DNA of 64,000 bases from Paramoeba atlantica (Eukaryota; Protista; Discosea): assembly GCA_977017575.1 (NCBI GenBank), contig CDRNVI010000021.1, positions 248,001-312,000 of the forward strand. Direction: 5' to 3'. The notes beneath the pieces were generated by a model that saw only the letters and a program-made list of their open reading frames with translations, was not told where the DNA came from and did not search any database. Made by a program: the position numbers and the translations under genes. Numbering within the stretch: position 1 is the first letter of the stretch; each line of letters starts with the position of its first letter. Of this stretch, positions 41,969 through 51,585 are shown in pieces.

Positions 41969-44482
41969 ATGAGCGACGGCAACGCAAGTCGATCTCTTAC
42001 CCCAACGCACAACGAGGAGCTTGAGCAAGAGTGCCACCATAAAAATATCGAGTCGGGTACCACGCAAGTCAATTTTGAAATCGTAGCCCCTGAAACGACT
42101 CCCTCACACAACGAGTCTTCGTCGCAACGACCAAGTCCCGCTCCCTCCTCCACCGCTTCTGCCGTATCCTGCACCCCACCAACCACGCACCCTCACGAGT
42201 ACTCTCCCTTTTCGACCCCTTTCTCAGAGTCTTCTCACCCTCGCGAACCTTCTGCCCCTTCCGAACCTGATCATTTCACCCCTTCCCAGGACCCACACCC
42301 TTCTCTCGATATGGCTACAGAAAACGAATCTTCTCCACTATCTGCGCATTCGGAAAAAGAAGAAGACGAGCACAACATCTCCGATAACCTCACAACCTCA
42401 TCTAAGACGCAAAGTACCAGTCCTACTCGAACACCCCCCAAACCAGAAGATCACAACATCCCTGATAGAATTCCAACCTCATCTCAAACCCAAAGTACCC
42501 GTCCTGATCCAACAGCGCCCAAAGAAGAAGACGAAGACGAAGCCGAAGAAGAGGAGCACCATATCCCAACCCCATCTCACACCCCAAGTACCCGTCCTGA
42601 TCCAACAGCCCCCAAAGAAGACGAAGAAGCGGACGAAAAAGACGAAGACCACCCTATCCCCACCCGATCTTCTCAACCCCGAAGTGCGAGTCCGGATCCA
42701 ACGGCCCCTGCCGTCTCGGCTCCCCCCCGCGCCTCCACCCCCCGTAGCTCCACGGGGACCATCAGCGTGAGTCTTCGCTCCATGTCGTTACCCCAGGAGA
42801 GCACTCGCGGGGCGCTGCGGGAGAGCGAGCGGGAGAGCTCGGTGGGGGCAAGGGTGTCGAGGGAGAGGGAGGCCGCGGAGGGACGGGTGAGATCTCCCAG
42901 CCCGGTGGAGGTCTCGGAGGGGGTGGGCGTGGATGAGGGTGATGTCGTTGCGCAGAAGGAAGGGGAAGAGGCGGTCGAAGGTTGCCGTGTAAAGGGATCG
43001 GGTTCCGTCGAGGTGGATGATGCGCGTGCTGGTGAGGATGTGGACGGGAGGGAGGAGAATGGCGCTACCGATGGCTTAAATATGGAAATGGGTCCAGTAT
43101 CCCCTTCCCAAAGTGTCACCTCCGATCTTGAGGAATCACCTGTTAGTTCAGCATCATCTCGGGTTTCAGACAGCACTGCACAAGATGATTTTCTAAACAA
43201 ACTGCGTGAAAAACTTTTTGAAAAGAAAACCAGTGTTGAGGAGAAGCAGGACATGGTGAAAATGCTGGACTCTGAAATCAGAGAATCCAACTCATTAGAT
43301 GAGTTAAAGTGCACGCTCAATGAGCTGGTCAACAAGCGCATAGAATTGGAGGAAACCTGTAATATTATCCAGAAAGAATGTGAGGTCCTGAGTCCGCGCT
43401 TTAATGAATGTGAAGAGAACGAGTCTGATAGAGTCAAGGAAGTTACTCTTCTAACACAGCTTGATCAATTAGAAACAGCGCAAGTTACAGCACTAAAGAA
43501 GATAGCTGAAACAGAAAGTGATCTTCGAAGTATAGGGGAGTTGTTAAAGACGAGTACAACTCAGTACAAGTCATTAATAGACACACTTGAAAAAAATGTT
43601 CACTCTACAAAGGCCTCTATTGAGGAGAAAATTGAAAAGGACTTGGATGCAGGTGAATGCGCGAACAGCGAAGAACTGCTTGAATCGTTTCGTGATCTAG
43701 TTACACAGTGTAGCAAGCAATTGTTTATAGCGCAACAACAGAATGATGATGCCACCAGGGTATTAGAAATACAAGAGAATCTCAAGGAAACGACCGATCT
43801 CGAGAATACACAGCATTTAAAGCTCCTGAAACAAAAGAAGGACGAATATCTTTACCATATAGCGTCAAGGATTCTGACAGAACGGGAGTCACTTTTGCAG
43901 GAAATTTGTGATCTTAGAAATATCAATCGCGAGCAAGCATACAATTTAAGGCGAGGGCAGGTCGAAAAACCGAAAGCATTCGGAGGTCCTCACGGTGCTC
44001 CGAATCTCGGGCCTCCCAAAGTTCGTCCAAATATTGCTGACTTATCTCTTCGTGGCGTACTGCCTCTTACAAGTGCTTCTGTGAGTCCATCGAAGTTACG
44101 CCACACAGAATTCAAAGAGCTTGCTCTTCCAACCGAGGGCGAAATCGCGGTTCATGAAGCAAACTGCATACAGGAAGAACGCCGCAACCAGTTGATGAAT
44201 ACCTTAGCCGAAATTGCGACAGCAAAGACCAAACAGGAGGCAGAAATAAGGGACGTGCTTGAGTCTCGACGAAAGCTCAACGAGGCGCAACGCCATTCAA
44301 TGCAGGAGCTGGAGACTGTTCAACTTGAGACCCGACAACGAGCTACGCATTTGGAGGACACCAACATGCGTTTGGATGAGCAATGCGACACATTGGCGTT
44401 ACACCTTGAAGAGATTTGTCGCATAAATAAGTGCTCCAACGAAACTACACTTAACGCACAGGCCTTGCCGTTATCTAGGTAA
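41969..44482 (+). CDS. Large low-complexity/coiled-coil protein with internal STRPDPTAPKE repeats
   Basis: 837-aa ORF; Pro/Ser/Glu-rich N-half with direct DNA repeats at ~42410-42700; heptad-rich C-half. Confidence 0.7.
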   Translation: MSDGNASRSLTPTHNEELEQECHHKNIESGTTQVNFEIVAPETTPSHNESSSQRPSPAPSSTASAVSCTPPTTHPHEYSPFSTPFSESSHPREPSAPSEPDHFTPSQDPHPSLDMATENESSPLSAHSEKEEDEHNISDNLTTSSKTQSTSPTRTPPKPEDHNIPDRIPTSSQTQSTRPDPTAPKEEDEDEAEEEEHHIPTPSHTPSTRPDPTAPKEDEEADEKDEDHPIPTRSSQPRSASPDPTAPAVSAPPRASTPRSSTGTISVSLRSMSLPQESTRGALRESERESSVGARVSREREAAEGRVRSPSPVEVSEGVGVDEGDVVAQKEGEEAVEGCRVKGSGSVEVDDARAGEDVDGREENGATDGLNMEMGPVSPSQSVTSDLEESPVSSASSRVSDSTAQDDFLNKLREKLFEKKTSVEEKQDMVKMLDSEIRESNSLDELKCTLNELVNKRIELEETCNIIQKECEVLSPRFNECEENESDRVKEVTLLTQLDQLETAQVTALKKIAETESDLRSIGELLKTSTTQYKSLIDTLEKNVHSTKASIEEKIEKDLDAGECANSEELLESFRDLVTQCSKQLFIAQQQNDDATRVLEIQENLKETTDLENTQHLKLLKQKKDEYLYHIASRILTERESLLQEICDLRNINREQAYNLRRGQVEKPKAFGGPHGAPNLGPPKVRPNIADLSLRGVLPLTSASVSPSKLRHTEFKELALPTEGEIAVHEANCIQEERRNQLMNTLAEIATAKTKQEAEIRDVLESRRKLNEAQRHSMQELETVQLETRQRATHLEDTNMRLDEQCDTLALHLEEICRINKCSNETTLNAQALPLSR

Positions 44483-44991
44483 GAACCTCTTAAAAATATC
44501 TCAAAGCTAGTTTTATATTGGATGAAATCGTATGATTTCTTTAGTTTGTTTATCAAGATGATTATTTCTTTTTACCAATAGGCATCTTTCGTCTCCATAC
44601 GAATATTGCGAGTAGTATCGTCATAGGCCCATTAAAGAAAACAAGAACACCCTTAAATATTTGTATCTTTATGTGGCAGAAGTGCAGTGTATTGATTTAT
44701 GTGAAGGTATTTAAAATGAATGTGATGGTACCTAAATATGAGTTTTTGTGTGTACATGATCTTTTTACGTACGTGTATGTCTGCGCAGCAAATGTTATGC
44801 GCAGCATGCGTTTAGAATCAGTACATCACCCATTGCGTTGTAAATATACTGTCCAACTCGAATTGATGTGAAAGTTCACGTTAGACAAGAGGTTGAGCGT
44901 ACACTCATGTACATGTATATGTCTAAGCAGGATCTTATAATTATTTATGTAGAGATTTCTTTTGCTTACAGTACTTGCGTTAGACGTATTC

Positions 44992-46005
44992 ATGACTACT
45001 GTGAGCCACTTTTCGTCTGAAAAGGTTCGATACGACCGCCAAACACGGCTATGGGGCGAAGAGGTGCAAATGTCGCTCCGGAACGCCTCGGTATACGTCG
45101 ATGAACTCTCCGCACTGACTTCTGAGTTAACAAAAAATATAATTCTTGCTGGAGTTGGTCGTATCATTATTGGTCGCATATTACACTCCCGTTATCCGAC
45201 TCACATATTCGACGTATTGCGCGGAAGCTCCGTTGCAAGTCGCGTTCAATCTCTCAATCCATTTTCAAAGATCCTTCTTATGTCCGATCTTGCACATGGG
45301 AAAGAAAATTTTGTACCGGAAATTTGCGAAAAGTGCTCTATTTTTGTGTACCAAGATGTAGAACGCCTTTATCAGGCTGTTGATTTAGGTCAGAGTACAA
45401 CGAACGCTTCACAAGACTCTAGCTTGGACAAGAGCGACCCGTATCTTATTTTCTTGGAGGCCTATGGTGGCTTATCTAGGATGCGATGTGTATCGTGGTC
45501 CCAATCATCAAAGCTAGCCCCTTCTATCACCCCCGTAGTAGATAATTTGCATGGGCTTGAATTTGATTTCTACAATGTTTCGCACATTGTTCGAGATATG
45601 ATTCATGGCACGGCCGGTGTTCAATCACTACCAAGTGTTGGGTCGATACTAATCGAATACATGCGCCATATGAACTCCTCACGTGAAAAGGGGGAAACAT
45701 CCTACTCGTTGAACCCTGATGAAGAAGCCCGACTAGTCTATCTCGCGTCATGCGTGCGAAATTCTCTTGGTACTGCAGCCACACAGATTAATCCTATATG
45801 CGCCTCCGTTCTTGGGGGTTTTGTTGCTCAGGAATGCATCAAACGAATTAGCGAACGTACCGGAAAAAGGAGCGCCACACAAACTACAGATAACAAAGAA
45901 CAACAAGTTAAGCAGTCTACACGAGTAGGCGGCAATCTACATACTGCATACAGCACTCTCATTATAGATGCAATTGATAGGTGTGAGGCGTTAGCTATCT
46001 TGTAA
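44992..46005 (+). CDS. ThiF-family E1 subunit, SAE1/AOS1-like
   Basis: YDRQTRLWG..Q..L..ASV..ELTKNIILAGVG and C-terminal PICASVLGGFVAQECIK. Confidence 0.75.
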   Translation: MTTVSHFSSEKVRYDRQTRLWGEEVQMSLRNASVYVDELSALTSELTKNIILAGVGRIIIGRILHSRYPTHIFDVLRGSSVASRVQSLNPFSKILLMSDLAHGKENFVPEICEKCSIFVYQDVERLYQAVDLGQSTTNASQDSSLDKSDPYLIFLEAYGGLSRMRCVSWSQSSKLAPSITPVVDNLHGLEFDFYNVSHIVRDMIHGTAGVQSLPSVGSILIEYMRHMNSSREKGETSYSLNPDEEARLVYLASCVRNSLGTAATQINPICASVLGGFVAQECIKRISERTGKRSATQTTDNKEQQVKQSTRVGGNLHTAYSTLIIDAIDRCEALAIL

Positions 46006-46301
46006 ATAATTGCTTTGAAAGGGGTTCTACGTACATTTGTATGTACACTGGTATGTGAACAAACGATTGGAAGATAAGTAGTGAGAAGTCATCACGAGTG
46101 ATTACCCTTGCACAATATCTAATACGTTCCATATGCAATGTACTTACAACGTGTATAACGCGGTACGCATGTATAGAACACGCATGTATTTTTAGAATAG
46201 TACACGAGAACAATTACAGTCCTTGTAGATACTGTCGCACACTTTGAAATGTGATAAAAAATATTTGAAGTAAGTTTTTTATCAATCTTTTACACAATAA
46301 A

Positions 46302-47063
46302 ATGGACTCCGTAGAACATAAGCCACGTCCTGCTAAAGTCCGCGGTGCCAATCTACCGCAAGAGATGGATCTTGAACGGCTTATTGGTGGTTTGCACACG
46401 CGTCATGAGACTTGGAATTCAGATGTGTCGGCGTGTGAATGGAAAGGAGTAGAATGCGATGCTGATGAAAAAGTTATGGAAATACATTGGAACGGCCGGG
46501 AGCTGCGTGGATCATTGAAGCTAGTACATCTTCCAAGTTCCGTCACATATTTCGATACCGAAAACAATTCATTATCAGGGAAACTAGATCTTTGTTTTTT
46601 CTCCCCGCTAGAAAAACTTAAAGCGTTTTATCTGGGTATAAATACATTTACTGGAAATCCAGATCTTACCGTTTTGCCGAAACGTATGACTTCCGCATGG
46701 ATGGAAGCAAACAAATTATCTGGTGATTTATGCCTTACGCAATTGCCGATTAATATGAAATACCTCGATGTCAGCAATAATTTGTTAACTGGGACAATAG
46801 ATCTGCGGTTTCTGCCTCCCTCCTTATGCAGCTTATATCTGCAGGAAAATGAATTTATCGGAAATGTGGACTTTTCTTTTCTTCCAAAAGAACTTACAAA
46901 CTTTCAGCTGGAAAATAACAGACTATTGGAAGGCACCATAGTAGAGAGTAAACTTCCTCCAAGGCTAAGAGCGAAAAATCAAGCGATCCATATATTGAAC
47001 ACTAAGATTATTAATTCTTCAGAACAGACTATAAATCTCTTTCATGAAAATGGTACCCCCTAG
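46302..47063 (+). CDS. Leucine-rich repeat protein (LRRNT cap + plant-type LRRs)
   Basis: WNSDVSACEWKGVEC cap; repeated NxLSGxLDL..LP..L..L.L..N. Confidence 0.9.
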   Translation: MDSVEHKPRPAKVRGANLPQEMDLERLIGGLHTRHETWNSDVSACEWKGVECDADEKVMEIHWNGRELRGSLKLVHLPSSVTYFDTENNSLSGKLDLCFFSPLEKLKAFYLGINTFTGNPDLTVLPKRMTSAWMEANKLSGDLCLTQLPINMKYLDVSNNLLTGTIDLRFLPPSLCSLYLQENEFIGNVDFSFLPKELTNFQLENNRLLEGTIVESKLPPRLRAKNQAIHILNTKIINSSEQTINLFHENGTP

Positions 47064-47400
47064 CTTTTGGTACACAGTGACGTGGATAGGATCATTTTAT
47101 CTTGTATAATTTCGAGATCTGCATGCTGTCGCAGTTTTTAAGCGCTTTCAAAAAAGTGAAATACAGAAAACCTTCTTAATGGCTCAAAAAGGAATGTTTT
47201 AAAAGCGAAATTCTAAATCTGAAAACAGCTTTTTTGGTTACCTCACTGGGTTCAATTTCAATTCAAGGTACAATTCAAGGTCTTCCGAAAATTATTTTTA
47301 TTGGCCACAATTATTCTTATTGGCCATTATTATTGGCCACAAAACAGTTTCTCTGCAAATTGTGAATTAGAAAGTCTATATTTGTTAGTAACAGTTCCGT

Positions 47401-48225
47401 ATGCTAGCCAAAAGACTTGGAGAACTGTATACCAAATATGTCACAAATCGTAAAGCTACCGCATCACAACGCCGCCAAGAGGCCTTGGAGCAGACTATCC
47501 TAAAGAATAGGAAAGAAACTCTGCGTTTCCGGGATGTAGGGCTGGAGCAGGACGTCGTAAGGCTCGACCGGGATTTTCTTATGGCGCTACGCCTTCTGCG
47601 CTACGGGACCGACTACACACTGGATATTGCTCTGGAGCGACGACTCAACTACCGCCAAGTGCACGCGCTGAGCGAGCTCACACGAAACCATGGAAAACTG
47701 CTGGAGGGCACTCCGAGGTTACTCCCCCGAGGCATCCCTATGCCGCTGCTGAACGGGTTGCACCGATTCGGCAGCAAAAGGACCTACGGTACGGATCCCA
47801 GCGTTTCGTTGTCATTTCGGTCTTTCTCCCGGCCGACGATAATTCACTTGGTACATCCCGCGATGCTGGGGGAGAAGCACGCACTGAAGTGGAAGGAGCT
47901 TGTTCCCTCTGAGGGTGTGGACACCGTAGTGCTTTATAATTTTCACTTGTTTTCTGTGCAAATGATGCAGCGGTTCGTGGTGAAGAGTCTTCGAAATCGG
48001 CTCCCGGCTCCTTGTGAGAATTGTTACTACGGAAAAAAATTAATTCCAGCTTTTATGCCGACATTTGATATTCGTAACTTCTGCTTGAACTATGTCATGC
48101 TGGCGGACCACTACGGTCACGTTCGATGGATGTCCGGAGCTTTCCCGAACGAAAGAGAAAAAGGTCTTCTGCCAGCACTTTGCGCGCAACTAAAAGAAGA
48201 ATTTTTGAAGCGCCCACGAGATTAG
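47401..48225 (+). CDS. Hypothetical protein (274 aa), possibly mitochondrial
   Basis: Long ATG ORF in cluster orientation with a basic N-terminus. Confidence 0.6.
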   Translation: MLAKRLGELYTKYVTNRKATASQRRQEALEQTILKNRKETLRFRDVGLEQDVVRLDRDFLMALRLLRYGTDYTLDIALERRLNYRQVHALSELTRNHGKLLEGTPRLLPRGIPMPLLNGLHRFGSKRTYGTDPSVSLSFRSFSRPTIIHLVHPAMLGEKHALKWKELVPSEGVDTVVLYNFHLFSVQMMQRFVVKSLRNRLPAPCENCYYGKKLIPAFMPTFDIRNFCLNYVMLADHYGHVRWMSGAFPNEREKGLLPALCAQLKEEFLKRPRD

Positions 48226-48529
48226 GTGGCCGTTCTAAAAAATAATGTCCACATGATTGGTATGCGGATTGATATTTTCCGCTGTTTCGGTAAAACTATT
48301 TCCCACAACTTGGTCAAAGATTGTTTTTTCGATGCGTATACAAAGTTACGTGACACTGAAGAGTTGCACCGAGGAGAGAGGAATGCAAGGGTAATGACTT
48401 TTTGGAGTATACCTGTAGTGTGAAGTAGACTTTGTTGATGTATTCTTTTGTATAAAAAAATAAGTTGGGATTGAGCGAATAATGTTCAATCTGACCAAAA
48501 ATATTCATACGATTTAAGTACAGGAAATT

Positions 48530-49534
48530 ATGTACTGTCCCACATGTGTATGCCTCCAGAGAATGCCTCTGCGCGGTCCATTGATAGCAGCAAAAGACAG
48601 TCGACCGTATGAAAATGTGCAGCAACGCATCTCTGCATGCAAAGAAAGTGCCGTTCGACGGGTTAATCCCATTCGAACTCTTGTGTTGGACATGGACGAG
48701 ACATTAATTGGGCAATTCCCGGTCCGTTCGTACAGAACTACTCCCAACGTGTTTTCAGTAATGAGAGGTGCTATGGTGGTTGGTTTCCGTCCGTTTCTTA
48801 GAGAATTTTTAATCTTTGCGCGCTCTAATTTCGAACTTGTGTTATGGACGGCTGGTATGCTTTCCTATGCACGCGAGGTGATACGTCACATGGAGCGAGA
48901 GTTCGGTATGTGCCCATTGTTTGACCACGTTATAGCCAGAGACAGTCGGTGGTATGAGGGACCCTACCACTACAAGAAATCTCTGTATGACCTGGGGCGT
49001 AAAGTGGACACCGACGTTCTTCTTTTCGAGAATTCACCCTATGTTGGCAAGCCCTCAAAAAACGTCGTTCTTGTATCCGACTTCCATGGGTCCCTTATCA
49101 ACACAGGGCTTGAGAAAAACAATGTCAGTTATCCAGCGTGTCCCGAAAGCACTCTGAAATTACGATCGGCGTATAGTGTGACCACTGATTATTGTCCTCG
49201 TAAACAAGATGCTGGTCCGACGTATGACTATCCAGCGAGGATTCCGTGGCACAAGGATTGCACTTTACAACACGGAATCGAACTTTTGCAAAACTGGAAT
49301 GCAACATCAATAGAGGAAAATGTTGGGACGTTCTTGCAGAAGCAAGCTGCGAAAGAAAACGCATGCAGTGGACGTGAAGGCCTAAATTGTAGTGAGAAAA
49401 CACTTTGGGTACCTCAATCTAATTTGAAAGGCCCGCCATTACGTTTGTTGCCTTGCTCTCTCAATCAAGAGCAACAAGGTAGCGGACAAATGCATCCAAG
49501 CACGCCTGGCGAACAAGCACTGTCGAAGTTGTGA
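48530..49534 (+). CDS. NLI-interacting-factor/FCP1-SCP-like HAD phosphatase
   Basis: TLVLDMDETLI (DxDxT), RPFLREFL, LWTAG..YA, YKKSLYDLGR. Confidence 0.85.
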   Translation: MYCPTCVCLQRMPLRGPLIAAKDSRPYENVQQRISACKESAVRRVNPIRTLVLDMDETLIGQFPVRSYRTTPNVFSVMRGAMVVGFRPFLREFLIFARSNFELVLWTAGMLSYAREVIRHMEREFGMCPLFDHVIARDSRWYEGPYHYKKSLYDLGRKVDTDVLLFENSPYVGKPSKNVVLVSDFHGSLINTGLEKNNVSYPACPESTLKLRSAYSVTTDYCPRKQDAGPTYDYPARIPWHKDCTLQHGIELLQNWNATSIEENVGTFLQKQAAKENACSGREGLNCSEKTLWVPQSNLKGPPLRLLPCSLNQEQQGSGQMHPSTPGEQALSKL

Positions 49535-49881
49535 CCATCTCAGAGTCTTGTGATATGCTTGCTGTTTCTTTTCTGGCTGCTTCACAAAAACGGAATGCTT
49601 TTCAGAGTTAATTGCAGTAGTGTCGTACTGCAGGGGTTACTCCAGGGGCATACCGCACGAATTGTTTTTGAAAAAATTATTTTTCGAAACAAACCCGCAG
49701 AACGGGTAGCCGGGGTCTTGGCGCGTATTTTCCACCCCCCTACCTGGGGGTGACCCCCCCGCGTATGCGCAGGACGGGTCCGCCAAGTTCGGATTTTTTC
49801 GGAAAAAAATTTTTGAAAAAAAAATTGAACTTGCCGAAAAAAATAGTAAAAAAAATATTTTTTCAACATTCTTTTCCCTAT

Positions 49882-50334
49882 TGTATTTTGAGAGTTTGGG
49901 ACCTATACTAGCCTTCTACACCGTCGTTTTCTCCAGACATCCCTTCTAGCCCTGGCGCGCCTCCCAAACTGGCCCATTTTTGACCAAAAAATGTCAAAAA
50001 GTATTTTTCGGACCTAAAGGGGCCTTTTTATGTCAAAAGAATGGTGTGGTTGGAGTCGCATTCTCTACACAATACGTTCGGTAGGCTTTCATTCACGCCT
50101 ACGAGTGATTTTTCACACGCAATTGTCTGAGAGCAAAAATACGCAAAAATCACTCCACTTTTACCCAAAAATCGGCTAATTTTGGCTATAATCTTTGTGT
50201 TTTCTTTAGCTTTCCAGGCCGAATTTTCTTTTTTAGGCTCTTCGTTAAACGCGGTGGTAGTTTTCAACGCGAAGCGCGCAGCATGAGTGACTTCTAAGTT
50301 GAAAACAACCACCGTGTTTAACGAAGAGCCTAAA
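49882..50334 (-). mobile_element. Dispersed repeat (hairpin-ended family) copy 3, longer variant
   Basis: Terminal arms 50232-50268 and 50298-50334 (37 bp, 2 mismatches, 29-nt loop). The left end matches the reverse complement of ~747-812. Confidence 0.85.
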
Positions 50335-50567
50335 TGATTACTACTGGTAATTTCGTGGGTGTACCCCCTTATCAGGCGTCCCATCGAGGAAGAGAATCAG
50401 AATTTTGCGCTTCATATGCGTTTCATATATTCTTGTACAGATGCTTTTTTTGGGGAAAAACTAATGCGACCGATAAGAAAATTAGCTCTTTTCCCTTGAA
50501 ACGAAGTTCACTTGAACCTCGAGAGTGCAATTTCAGGGGTATTACATGACACTCCCATCTCACTGAT

Positions 50568-50668
50568 GGAGGGGAAATAAGTTGTGGAAATATAGTTGTG
50601 TCAACAAAAGTCGTGTTAATTTCTGGAATTAACACGACTTTTGTTGACATAACTTAATTTCCCCCCTG
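50568..50668. repeat. Small foldback/MITE-like palindrome
   Basis: 27-bp arms 50595-50621 and 50627-50653 (1 mismatch, 5-nt loop). Outer ggaggggaaataagtt / aacttaatttcccccctg|TA. Confidence 0.8.
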
Positions 50669-50813
50669 TATACTGTACTTTAAGAAAATGGGCAGCCTAA
50701 TACAATATAGAAAATAAGCAAACCTAGGCGAACCCAGGCAAACACAGGTGGTTTCAGCCCTCTAAGTATAGGTAAAAGTGAGTACAGAGAGCATAACCAA
50801 CATACAGTACTAT

Positions 50814-51130
50814 GACCCACCCCCTTTATACTTCCCCCATTTTGAGCAGTAACGAAGTATAAAGGGGGGGGTCTGAATTTTTTCCCTTCACGGCGAGGCT
50901 CATCAAGTTTTACTGTCTTTCCTTTTATATCACCTTACATTTCTAGAAGGGAAAACGTAGAGCGTTTGTGTTTTTTTCTAAAGTTTTTAGAAAATTTACG
51001 AAAATTTAAAAAACGAATCGTCCCCCATTCGGGTGGAGGGGGCAGACGAAAAAAGAAGTACAAAGGGGGGTCTGACCAGCGAAGTATAAAGAGGGATCAC
51101 AGCATCTAATTTCTCTACCTTTATACTTGA
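50814..51130. repeat. Cluster of GAAGTATAAAGGGGG motifs in both orientations (TE subterminal repeats)
   Basis: Inverted pair 50814-50834 / 50854-50873; further copies at ~51055, ~51082 and ~51119. Confidence 0.55.
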
Positions 51131-51585
51131 TTGATTACACAATTCTGTCATAGAACCCATAGAATGTGAACCATATTCATGATGATTCTCGGGGCATTTG
51201 TCATATCAATATGTATCTGATGAACCAAACGAGTTTTGCTACCTAACACCACACTGAGAAACATGTTACCTTAACCTCACTCGCTTTTTTTGTGGGGGGG
51301 TGTCTTAATCACAACAAAACGTAAGATGAGAAATAATAAGAAATTGACCAAAACACCTTTGCAATTAAATAATGTATCGTTTTTTGAGTATCACTTTGGA
51401 AAACGTTCTCTAGCAATGCATCATCCGTAAATTGTATCTATGATGCTCGGGTTTTAAGAAGAGGCCGCTTAAAAAGAACTACGTTGATCACAGCTACTAC
51501 TAGACCTTTTAGTTTCTTTGTTTTCTAATGCCATAAGGGGAATATTGTAAAGTCTTACGCTAGTCCACTTCACAAAAATGCTTAG

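Noticed and set aside
12370-43437. Many Pro-rich or Gly-rich alternative-frame and antisense ORFs over the skew islands
   Set aside because: Explained by stop-codon scarcity in C/G-run DNA overlapping better-supported genes.
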